A stretch of DNA of 63,343 nt, the filler included, from Octopus bimaculoides (taxonomy: Eukaryota): NCBI RefSeq assembly GCF_001194135.2. It is 5 parts of 4 records of this genome, joined end to end, with 100 filler letters (N's around TTAATTAATTAA, not from the genome) between each part and the next. Parts side by side here need not be neighbours in the genome. Positions count along the whole stretch, not along the records: positions 45,285 to 61,612 come from NC_068983.1; 4 more parts are not named here. One strand, written 5' to 3'. The translations under genes were made by a program, and so were the position numbers. Each line of letters starts with the position of its first letter. The first letter of the stretch is position 1. Shown in pieces: positions 49,991 to 61,712 of this stretch. A model generated the notes under the pieces. The model was not told the DNA's origin. It searched no databases and saw only the letters and a program-made list of their open reading frames with translations.

Positions 49991-52360
49991 GTCGGGGAAG
50001 AAAACAAAAATCTTTATTTCCTATGCAACATACTGTATGTGCATTTCTTTAAAGTTTTACATTGGAAACCGTACAAACTTAAGACATCTTTAAATTTACC
50101 GTGGGAAAACTAATAAGCATAGTGTTGTCTATGAACCTGAAGAAAAAAAGTTGAAGGAGAAGGAAAAGAAGAAGAGGGCGAAGGAGAGAAATTTCAAGGA
50201 TGGTCATTATGTCAATGAAAATTAAGATAAAGCACACTCACTGGTTCAATACCACTTTATATCTTGTCAGTTAGTTAAATATCTGACCAACTAAACAACC
50301 AACTAGTCATTCGCTCGTTTTCTTGTTTAATGAGATAATTAAATAATCAAGGGATTGTCACTGAAAAGATCGCGAAAGCAAGGAGAAACTTTGACATACA
50401 ACTGAATGTTTGTTTAATCATTACATTAAACAGTTAAAACAAATGATCGATTAGTTAGTTCATGAAACATTTAACCAATTAACACAAAATTAAAGAAGTT
50501 GTATTTAACAAGTGCTTGTGATTATTTAAAATTTTATTGCTAAAATAATCCTCCCTAGAAAGAGGATTTGTTTCAACACACGAATTTACATGAATCTTGC
50601 AAACCAAATACAAAGACGAATGAATTATTCACATATAAGGACATGAAGATAGGGGTAAGGAAATTGTGAAATTGTAAACGGAAACAATCTCTATAGGAGT
50701 AGACGCTTTGCGGACGATTTACAAAAATTCATACTAAAATATGAATATATAACCATCACTTACAAATATGATACGGAAAATACCAGTTCTACTCAGTACA
50801 AAATGGTTACGTTGAGTACTTACAATAGAAATAGAAAAAAAATAAATCCCAATGTACCGTGTATAGAGCTGCAACAAGTTCTGCAAAACATGCAAAAATT
50901 ACTACTACAACTACAACTACTACTACTACTACTACTACTACTAAAGGTGGTGGTGCTGCTGCTGATGGTGATGATAATGTTTATGGTAATGTCGATATAC
51001 GCATGATTTAAATGAATATAAATAATAAATGATATAAAAGTAATAATATAAATATCCATTATCGTTTGAAAAAAAAAATTATATATATTATTTCAGGCTT
51101 CAATAAAAATAGTTGAAAGCTCGAGGTATAACAATAGAAAATATAAAGATACCATACTGAATCATATAAAATCTAAATATGTTTGGCTATCACCTGTAGT
51201 TTATATTCCATTGGTGTTTCATAATGCCTCTGTGGAAACGATGTAATTTTAAACTCTTTTAATACCTATTTTTTTTTCACTCTTTCCTTTTAATTCATAG
51301 TAATTTCAATAAAGCTGAATAACATGAATGAAAGAAATATTCATTCTCTTGATTTCTCACAAAACCTTTTTTAAACAATTTTCAGCAATTAGATTGTTGC
51401 TAAAGGATACGAAATGGAGATACAAAATATATATTTCATAAAAGCAAATTTTGATTAAACTCACACACAACACATACACCCGTAGGCACACACACGCACG
51501 GAGAAAACGCGGTATTACATACGTGTTTGTATGCACATGCACGTACATGCTCGCATATACGCACACGCGCAGACATACACAGACACACACTCACATATAA
51601 AAATACGAGATAAAGAGAAAGAGGGTTATGTATGCTGAGAGTGAATGAGAGACAGGGAGAGAAGGATGAAGAGAGATCAATTTCAGAAGCTTTGAACACA
51701 ATATATTGAACTAAATATTTAACCGAAAGAGACTATACGTAAAATAAATAGTATAATATATCGCATACCGCATTGGGTGTCGGAATAAAGTGTTTAAACC
51801 ACTACCTTAGCGATTTCTTTTCAAATGTCATTATGAAAATAATCTATTGGATTCGATCTTTGAGTTATCGACCTACTTCATATAAATGAGATTATAGATT
51901 AATCGCTTCGATTTTCACTCTTTTCATTTATATTCCCTCTTACATAAACGTAAACTATTTAAAAAGCGTGCAATGGAAACAATCTATTCCCTCAAATATT
52001 CTACTTTCAAGTTGCCTCGATTATTACAATATTGCGAATATTATATNNNNNNNNNNNNNNNNNNNNNNNNNNNNNNNNNNNNNNNNNNNNNNNNNNNNNN
52101 NNNNNNNNNNNNNNNNNNNNNNNNNNNNNNNNNNNNNNNNNNNNNNNNNNNNNNNNNNNNNNNNNNNNNNNNNNNNNNNNNNNNNNNNNNNNNNNNNNNN
52201 NNNNNNATATATATATATATATATATATATACATGTGCGTGTATGTGTATGTGTGTGTGTTTGTGTGTAACTATATATGAATATATGTGTATATATATGT
52301 GTATGTGCGTGCGTGTGTGTGTGTATATATTGGAGCTGCTTCATTTCTACCATTATAAAG

Positions 52361-52361
<1 letters not shown>

Positions 52362-52393
<32 letters not shown>

Positions 52394-52585
52394 TCGAAAA
52401 ATACCTTTAGAATGTGAACCCAGGTTCGAAATTTCCACAAGACACCTGAAAAAGGCTGGAGGTTATATCAGCCAAAACGTCGTGTTAACAACAAACAAGA
52501 TGAGGACAAATATCCGTAGAATGTAAATATTGTGTATAATGTAAATAATGTACATAATTCCTCATCTCTTAAATATAGAACTGTA
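52362..52585 (+). mobile_element. Second copy of the (AAT)n + hammerhead tail, no tRNA head, core mutated
   Basis: gacac-CTGAAAA-a-ggctg-gaggttatat-cagcc-AAAA-cg-tc-gtgtt at 52441-52486; surrounding sequence matches reverse complement of 21774-21920. Confidence 0.8.
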
Positions 52586-53299
52586 TTTTCTAAGAGAGGA
52601 GTCACGCTTATTGGTGATGTACTCTATCGATGATGAGAAGAGAGAAAACAAATATTCCTTTTTCCTCTAAAAGGGAGGTGCGATGCCACACGCTTGTCGA
52701 AATAGAGTATTTCTCGTGAAGTCGTAGAATTAATATAATCTAAGGAATAAACATGTATGAAATTAGAATTGTGATCTGATTATGAATGTAAATTTGTCCA
52801 TCACGCGAACATCATTCTTTTGCTTCTAATTTTTACAAGCCTAATCACTGATTAAAACTTAATTACTTCCATGTATTGTAAAAAATTATACTTGTTTGTC
52901 AGATGCCGTATTAGCAATGTTATGCGTGTGCAATCGAAGGGTGGGAGTGTTAGAAGTTATAAATCCAAGTATCGATAGCTTGAAATTTTTGAGTTTGTGA
53001 GAGAGAAGTGGAAAAGCTAGAGTATCGACGGTGCAGTCTCATCAAGCTGAAATGGGAGCAAATAAAGACTGTCGCGTAGTAAACAAAAGCCAGGACGAGG
53101 TATGCATTAGATATTCTGCCAGACATTTTAGGCATAGGTTTCTCTCAATTCAACTCAAATTAAAATTGGTCATCGTATCGGAATCCATCTCCCGTTCCTG
53201 GTCCAGATGCCAAACTGAAGTGAACCGGACCTCGAGTACTTTTCATCCCCACACCTCGGCCTACAGGGTGTTCGAGACGGTGAGTTTACCCATTTCACT

Positions 53300-54420
53300 G
53301 CTTCATATTATTATTATTTCCCTTGTTCTTGATGCTGTTATTGTTAGTGTTTCCATTGGAATTATACTTGGTTTTGTTGTTTTGAATCTGCGTTGGTATG
53401 CCACAGGGGTCACCATTACCATTCATCCGACAGTGCTCGACACATTTACTAAGAGACAGAATTTCCGGCCATATCGATAGATTCTTTTTCAGATGGAACT
53501 TGTAAACGCTCATGATGCCTTTGTTAATTATAAGTGATTTGTCTTCAGCCTTGTCCATATTGTTTCATTCGCCTTAGGCACCAGACACATCCAGACTAAG
53601 ATAGTCAGAGAAAAGCTGTAGGGTTATTTTTAATGGATTCAACAGTTCCGTCGTTTTGCATGCACCTTTCGATAGGCCAGAATAACAGCACTTTTGTGCG
53701 TGTATATTTTATCATGACCCGGCACTACACTCCAGTAGGGCTACCAAGCCCCAAATTTGTGGTATATATCCATGGGCCAAAGACCAGCGAGTTGACTTTC
53801 GATGATGTGATAAGTTTCACGAAGAACCTTATTCATTTGTCTTGGGATTAATAAACTTTTCTCTCTTCAACTTGTCACGCCTGCTAGTTTCGTTAGCGTT
53901 TAAGGATAGTTGAGGTGTCTCGAGCACCGTTTCGGTATTCGATTAACATAGGAATGCGTTTCAATGAAAGACCCGTGCTGGGTATAGCACCCTTGACAAA
54001 CGGCAAGCTCAACAGTTCACATTCAACGATTTGCTGGAAATGCTGTAACCTTCTCACATGTTTGCACATCATCAGCCACAACATGGTCAGTCATTCAGTC
54101 GGCAGGTGACATCGAATGCAACGTCTGGCTAGTGAAACAAGTCCCTTCGACAAAAGTGTGACAGCAGACGCCTTAACCTGGTGAGACATATACTAGAGCA
54201 ATGCGAACTGGCGAGGTAATAATAGGTCACAGACGTGATGTAGTGATTCACAATCTCTGCCCAAACTTTCAAGGATAGTGTTTTCTGAATCCATTCCTGC
54301 ACGACACTCTCTTCAACAATTCGTCCTATTTTTCATTTTGGTCTAAACATGATCCCCTTATACTTCAACTGCTCTTCGGATACGATGCTAGCATTCACCA
54401 ACCGCTACAGGTGCTAATCT
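53300..54420 (-). mobile_element. Decayed Tx1/L1-like LINE ORF2 C-terminal region
   Basis: Minus: LKYKGIMF..EWIQKTLSLKVWAEIVNHYITSVTYY..LTRLRRLL..LVSLARRCIRCH..MLWLMMCKHVRRLQHF..PFVKGAIP..; RCMQNDGTVE zinc-finger remnant near 53650. Confidence 0.7.
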
Positions 54421-55612
54421 TAAAGCCCACTGGCTTTTCCTCCTTGTTTCGCTTCCTGTCACAGCTTCGTAGTTACGTAGAGCGGTGCCGATCATCTCGC
54501 TGCAGCTTGTGTCTTACAGTACACGCGTGATATAATCCATATTTACAAGCAAGGATATTCCGTAACCTACTCATCGTATTAGTGGCTCAAGTGTCAGTAT
54601 GTACATAAAGGAAGAGGAGAAAACTATCTTCACGAACATAGAACATAACACTAAATATTTCCTGTTGCTGGACAGCCTCGCCAGCCAGAGTGGAGATGTC
54701 GCTGTACACGTTGATGATCTAACATAGTAAGACGTAAATGGTATTGGCTGCTGTTTGAACGTTCATCAAATATATATTCAGATTATAACTTCGTGTACTA
54801 GGTTAAGGAAAATTGCCTTTAGTACATCCAACCTGTAAAAACCCATAGTATAGAGGCAAAGTAAAATGTGTTGAAGTAATCTTCTTATGTCAAATACTTC
54901 CAAATGATGGCTACATATACGATTCAGATTCAACAGTGCAATATATCATTGGAAACTGAAGAGGTAACCATAACCAGCTGGGATTGTTACAAGAGTGGCA
55001 GTAACAACCGAGAACGTAAAACGATATATCTAAATCTCACAATGCCTCTTGCCAGGTGTTCTATCAATTCACCTAATCTGAATTAATATTCAAAATGTAC
55101 GTCGAAAGTCAGACTAATACAGTTGAAGTGGTATCAGTTCGATACAAAATGTGTCTAATCTACTTGACGTTAGTTTTATAGACACTTGAGTGTATTTCAA
55201 GTGAGATTTATGATATTTTCCTTAAATATGGCAAAATCGAAAGAAATAAATATATTTTATTGCAATTCACTTTTTGTTCTGTACAACTTTAGATTATTCA
55301 GTCTGAAAACTATGGAATACAAAGAGGAATATTGAATGTTACATTTCGGTGCAATTATGCGGGATTTCTGATAAAATGAAATACGCTATTCTAAATAACT
55401 TCTTATACAATTAAGTCGACAGACCAAACACATTTTATATAACTACGCGTATGTACATAATGGGGGTTCTATGTGTTTTTTAAATTTATATTTTGCACTT
55501 CAGAGTTCAAAACTCACTGAGTGATCTTTGCTGTCGTTTTTCCAAGGGTAAATAAAACATTAAAGAAAAAACATTAACATTGTTTGTGAAAATGTACACA
55601 TGTATATCATTA

Positions 55613-55830
55613 CAGCAGTCCCTCGACTATCGCGAGTTTTATGTTCCAAAACCCCCTGCGATAGGTGAAAACCCGCGAAGTAGAAACAATGCTGTATATA
55701 GTTTTTAATTACTTTTATAATTTGTATATATTTATTTTATTATAAATACAAAACAACGCCACGGGAGAATCGACGTAAGCTTAAATAATGAACCATGATA
55801 GGTAAACGTTGATATGGCGAGGGATTACTG
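55613..55830. mobile_element. Tigger/pogo-like MITE with TA TSD
   Basis: TA-cagcagtccctcg ... cgagggattactg-TA. Confidence 0.85.
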
Positions 55831-55854
55831 TATTGTTAAGAATACAGAGTATTT

Positions 55855-55923
<69 letters not shown>

Positions 55924-56149
55924 AAAGCTATTAACAACAACAGCGATTGAAAGAAAACAATACTCTGCGATTCAACGATTGGAAGAACAAGTAGCACGTT
56001 ACTGAGTTCATGCAAAACTACTCATATGTAACAGAAGGTAGTGATGGAATAAACGAATATATCCCGGATCAAAAGCATAATGCTTTCCTGAAAATATTTC
56101 TCGCATGAATAAGTATTTTGGAAAAGATTAAAACATGCTTAGTAGTAGT

Positions 56150-56445
56150 AGTAGTAGTAGTAGTAGTAGCAGTAGTAGTAGTAGTGGTGGTGGTGGTGGT
56201 GGTGGTGGTGGTGGTGGTGGTAGTAGTGGCAGAAGCAGCAGCAGCAGTAGTAGTAGTAATAGTAGTAGTAGTAGTAGTAGGAGTAGTAGTAGTAGTGGTG
56301 GTCGTGGTGGTGGTTGTGGTGGTGGTGGTAGTAGTGACAGCAGCACCAGCAGTAGTAGTAGTAATAGTATTAGTAGTAGTAGTAGTAGTAGTAGTAGTAG
56401 AAGCGGTAGTAGTAGTAGTAGTAGTAGTAGAAGCGGTAGTAGTAC
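56150..56445. repeat. Compound (GTA)/(GTG)/(GCA) trinucleotide array
   Basis: Direct. Confidence 0.95.
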
Positions 56446-58583
56446 GAGGGCATGCGCTGAAGCAGCGCATCATTGCATCCACCATTTGTTGGTGATTCCT
56501 TAATGCACCTGGCGTATGATGCGTCTGCACCACTCACTCAGGCTACAACCCAACAACCAATGGGTCTGTTTCAGTAATCTTTGTTCGTGTACCTTTTACA
56601 GCAGAGAAAACGTTAGGGCTATTCTGTGGCATGTCGGTCCCCACCAGAGCACTAGAACAACTTGAAATTATGTGCTTTGCTTAAGAACACAACACGCAGC
56701 CACGTTCAATAACCAAATCCACGATCATGACTGCATCATCCTGACCAGACGGCTATGTACATTGACAGCTATAGATTATCCATAATTAAAACAAAATAGG
56801 CTGCTTTCACCGGCCATTTGCAAGCCAGCACGCTACAATTATGAGTACGGTGTACCCATATTTATTTACCAGATTCAGTGATGCGTGGAAACGTTGATAA
56901 TTGCAAAATGATGTCAAAGGTAATAAATTTAGATGAGATAAAGTTATTTTGAAACCAATATTTCTAAGTGACACGCTAACTTTTGTTTACTGATGACTAC
57001 AACGTCACTGCTTCTATCAGTCGAGTTGGACAGACTAGTCTTGCAGTGTCATTTTTTAGTAGCAAGTATCTAGAACCAAGCACAATTTTTTTTTAGAATA
57101 TGGCGGTGGGATGGGTAATTCTCAGTGATTTTCAGCATTAGCGGTCAGAATTATTTTCAGAAGGTGGCAGACGTAGGCTGTAATGGCAAATTGTTTGAGA
57201 TGCTAGATTTCTGGAATCATGGTTAGGAACATAATATTCGTTAGAGTACGTGGAAATGTCGAATGGTATCTTCGAAGTACTCTTAGATCCTGTACGAATA
57301 ACCGATACAATAAGTGGAAAAAGCATAGCGAACATGCTTTGGCAGTCAGAATAATCTGACGGGTGCCTTCTAAATTTCCTGAATGCAATGTTTTACACTT
57401 GGATAAAACAATGTGGGTCATCCAGACTGGATTGGGATTCTATTAGATAAGCATTAACTAAAAGTGAGTGTAAAATGCTTACAGTTGAGGTTGTTGTCTA
57501 GAGAGACCACATACATGATTCGTATAGCTGAAATTAAGAAGACTATTAGAAAACATAAAAAAAAAACTTCCCAAATCTTAAGAGTATTCAGGAGATGTGC
57601 CACCGCAATTGCTGCTTCCTACGTAATTAAGCCATCGGTAACAAGAGCAAAAACATAAACGAAATAATTACACGTGCCATGATTTTTATTTTTTTGTTCT
57701 AGCTTGGTTGTGATCAAATAAATGTATGCAGAAATGCATTTCGATGATGATCAGCGCATCGTTTTGGTACATTATTGTATATACATTTTAAACTTGATCA
57801 TTCCGTTCTTCAAGATATAGAGTGAGATTTGTCTTACTCTCGGTAGATGTTTATGAACAAATATACAAAACCAAACATGTCAAAGCAGACAACCCGACAT
57901 ATCGTCCCAAAATAGGCTGATATTTAAATAACACATACATAAGTATTGAAAACAAATAAAACCAAATGAAGTATGCCAAAAATAAGACATCAAGCATATT
58001 CTACAAGATAAACAGACGTAACGTTATAGTAACGCTAGACACAACAAAATAAACAATACAATCTATGCAACACGCAACAAGATTCCATATTATTATATTA
58101 CGGCTCACCAAAAGTGAAAGATCCCAACAAGATCGAAATGCAGTTTAAGATCAGTTTAAGATATCATTAGATCAGTGAACGAACATGTGGTATACAATTA
58201 GCTCTTTTTTTTTTGTGCCATTTTGTTGTTAATCTTATTCTCATTGTAGCATTAATGCTGTTGCTATTTCCTTTTGTTTTCAATCACTTTCTTATACATT
58301 GTACTAATTATTTCATTGCTCTCAAATTACAATATTCCTTCTTAAAATTAATGGAAATACACATTGAATAGTATACGCATATCTTTATTTATTTCGCCCT
58401 TGTGGTTACGACAGTAACGGAACCTCCACAGACATACTATTTTGCAAGGAAATAAAATAACATTTTCACGATCGGTGCTCACAAGTCTGCCCTCATTGCC
58501 GCTGTTTAAAAATATAATTTTAAATATTAGTATTATTTGTAATATTTTTTATTAAAATTATATAGAAATTTTATCATTAGGCA

Positions 58584-58608
58584 CTGTGTGGTAAGAAGCT
58601 TGCTTCCC
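58584..58608 (+). mobile_element. 25-nt 5' stub of a family B SINE head
   Basis: ctgtgtggtaagaagcttgcttccc matches 22 of 25 with the head of the 37708 copy, then stops abruptly. Confidence 0.65.
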
Positions 58609-58993
58609 TCACTACAGTGAAGAGGTAATTTTTACTGGCTCTCGGTAAGCGTTTTGTTGTTGTTATTGCTGTTATTGAATGTCTTGGCTGTTGAACGAAG
58701 AAATTATCGTAGAAAAAAACTGTTGAACTGTTTTAATTCCCGGTTCAACCGGGGAATAATTATAAAAATTATTGTAGTTGCTGGCCATTGTGGCATTTTG
58801 TTAAAACATTTTATTTTATTTTGTGAACTCTGAATAGTCTTTCTAGACTATTTTTGTGCCCCTCCCCCTAACGGGGGTGGGATTTGAACATTTTTGTACT
58901 GTTTCAGAGGAAAACTTTTTTATAGGTTTCCCAGTTTGTGTGGGAAACCAATTAAATTTATTTTGAATTTCATGTTAATACGCCAACCGAATT

Positions 58994-60240
58994 ATGTCGG
59001 TTGAGATAATACGTGAGCAGTGTACTCTCGAAGAGAGTGAGTATAATAGCCAAAAATAATTCTCCACGGTTGCCACAGTGGCAACAGAAAATATTGAAAT
59101 AAATATCCAATAATTGAAAGACATGTTTAAAAGAATGAAGGAGGAGGGTGGTGATGTTATGATATCACCCTCCTCCAGTGTTTTAGACACGGAGAAACGG
59201 ACCGTAGTGTTTAAAACCTTCTGTCTAAAGGACAAAAGGTTTAAACACTTTGAGAAAAATATTATCGACAGATGCTTAGCCCCGATATGGAAAGATATTG
59301 TGTATATTGCAAGGGGATGGGCATATGGTTGTGTGGAGGTCCGTTTCTCAGAGGAAGAGGTGGCCGCGGGCATTCTGTGTGTCCCCTTAAAAACAACGAG
59401 GTGCTACTGCTACCAACATATATGGGGAAGGGAACTACTAGCGTGAAAATTAATGAAGTGCCACCGGAATTCGACCCGAAAGAAGTGGTGGCCGCCCTGT
59501 TGTTTAGTAGGACGGACCATATAAAAATTCTATCAGTGAAATGCTCTTCCCCGCAGTATTGGCTAGGGAAGAGCGTCACAGTAATTATTCAAGGGGCACA
59601 AGAAGACCTTCAGGCACAACCAGGAAGAGTGATCGTGGGCAATAATGTGGCCCTTAGAGTGCAGGTGGAAGGAAGAAAACCCACCTGCTACAAATGTGGA
59701 AAAGTGGACCACATTCGTGTGGATTACCCACAATATAAAGAAAAACTGTTGCATGCACAAGGCCCTTCAAATGTGGAAAAAATACCCACTCCCGGAAACA
59801 CACCNNNNNNNNNNNNNNNNNNNNNNNNNNNNNNNNNNNNNNNNNNNNNNNNNNNNNNNNNNNNNNNNNNNNNNNNNNNNNNNNNNNNNNNNNNNNNNNN
59901 NNNNNNNNNNNNNNNNNNNNNNNNNNNNNNNNNNNNNNNNNNNNNNNNNNNNNNNNNNNNNNNNNNNNNNNNNNNNNNNNNNNNNNNNNNNNNNNNNNNN
60001 NNNNNNNNNNNNNNNNNNNNNNNNNNNNNNNNNNNNNNNNNNNNNNNNNNNNNNNNNNNNNNNNNNACTGACGCAACACAGACACCAAAAAAAATCCCGC
60101 CCCGCCGACCCAAGACAAAAGGAAAAAAAATTGGAAAAACTAGAAGATGAACTAGTGCTAATCGAGTACGATACTCGAAGCTTGTACCTTGACGGCGTCA
60201 TAGTACCACACAAAACCGCAAGGCTTTACAAAAAAAAATG
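58994..60240 (+). pseudogene. LINE ORF1 (gag-like), disrupted
   Basis: ATG 58994 in frame with ORF 59114 via two stops; frameshift near 59390 into ORF 59272; CYKCGKVDHIRVDY knuckle at 59686-59727 with last Cys replaced; gap inside; 3' end approximate. Confidence 0.75.
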
Positions 60241-60452
60241 ATCACCATGAAAGATGTGCATGGATCAGAAAAAATACGTTTAAAGAACTGGAGGCTAGGG
60301 AACCGAATAAAATAAAAATAATAGAAGTGCTACCAAAATACTTAGAGGAGGAGGAAAGTAGATGGGCCGACGAGCGTATAGCGAGATCGGCCCCAACCTC
60401 TCCAGCAAAACGTAAGTAGAACTTTTTCTTCTTTCAAATCGCCTCTCTGAAC

Positions 60453-61612
60453 ATTGGATGTTTAAATGTGCGTGGTCTGAGCTCGAAGTGGAAGCAGGCA
60501 TGTTTCCTCGACGACCTCAGATCGCACAATATACATGTGATGGTTGCTACAGAGACCAAGCTGGACAGTCTACGAACCTTCTTGCCTCTCCTGAATGGCT
60601 ATGAGAAAATCATGGCTCCTGACTAGACCGGGGGGCGAGGGGGTGTAGTGGTACTGATCCGCAATGGCTTGGCTCTGCAGACAAGTACAGTCTATGTGGA
60701 CCCTGAAGGTGGGCTGGTCGTCCTTGATGTGACGTACAGCAGTAAGGCCTTCAGGCTGATCGTACTCTACGCACCATGCGCTAGAGGTTTCCAAACTGAC
60801 TTTTATCGGCGCCTAGAGGGCTGTCTCGTGACATCGAAGACATTAGTAGTGTTAGGGGACTTCAATGCTATTGTTGACGCTCGCATCGATAGCGTCGGCT
60901 GGATTCATAGAAAAGTGAACTCACGCCTCGTCGATCTGCTTGAGCGATTTAAGCTAGCAGACCGTTACAGGCTTGAACATCCGACCGTGCCAGAGTGGAC
61001 CTGGATGAGTGGCGACGGAAGGTTCAAGTCTTATCTAGATAGGATAGTAATAAGAATTATAGATAAGCCTAGTTTACTTGTCCACAACTTGTCCAATTGT
61101 CCTACACTGACCATAGAATGGTTAAGTGTAGGTTGGACGTAGATAGTACAACTAGTAGAGGATCCGGCTACTGGAAGCTGAACAAGACTATTTTGACTTG
61201 TGAAGCATACCGTAGTCGGATTAAGGAGTTGGTACATAGAGCGTTAACCGGTACCGTGGTTAATAACCGGTGGTGGTTCGCCCTCAAAAGAGCCATTCGT
61301 TTCGAGTCTATTAGGTTTGGCAAACGGCTAAGACTAGATAGGACTAGAGTAGAAGGGCAGCTAGTTAAGAACTTAGAAGAGGCGCTGAGGTTGGGCTCTG
61401 CATACCACATTCTGGCAGCGAGAGCGGCATTGGACCGTCACCTCAAAGCTAAACATGAGGAGTGTAGAGTCCGGGCTAAAGTGAGAGCATTGGGCCGCGA
61501 GGGAATTAACGTTGCCGGATGGGCCCGCACGGTAGAAACCCAACGGACCCAAGCAAGGGGGACAAGATAGGGAACTTTAGGCCCATAACTCTGTTAAATG
61601 CAGAGTTAAAGA
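60453..61612 (+). pseudogene. LINE ORF2: APE endonuclease to RT start, disrupted
   Basis: IGCLNVRGL..VATETKL..(stop 60624)..RLIVLYAP..VLGDFNAIVD..WTW..SYLDRI..TDHRMV..GSGYWKLN..; final frame DPSKGDKIGNFRPITLLNAELK. Confidence 0.9.
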
Positions 61613-61712
61613 NNNNNNNNNNNNNNNNNNNNNNNNNNNNNNNNNNNNNNNNNNNNTTAATTAATTAANNNNNNNNNNNNNNNNNNNNNNNNNNNNNNNN
61701 NNNNNNNNNNNN
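61613..61712. other. Artificial scaffold-join spacer
   Basis: 44N-TTAATTAATTAA-44N. Confidence 0.95.

Larger units (their letters stand above)
58609..61612 (+). mobile_element. Tx1/L1-clade LINE, 5' part (5' UTR, ORF1, ORF2 endonuclease), truncated by spacer
   Basis: Gag-like ORF1 with zinc knuckle followed by APE endonuclease and start of RT; 5' boundary inferred from the SINE stub junction. Confidence 0.88.

Noticed and set aside
53031-53480. 149-aa plus-strand ORF with a hydrophobic stretch (protocadherin-like TM?)
   Set aside because: No cadherin repeat motifs; overlaps or abuts the antisense of a decayed Tx1-like LINE
53295-53860. LTR integrase zinc finger or Piwi-like fragment
   Set aside because: Upstream frames carry Tx1/L1 ORF2 C-terminal motifs; no D,D35E or Piwi motifs found
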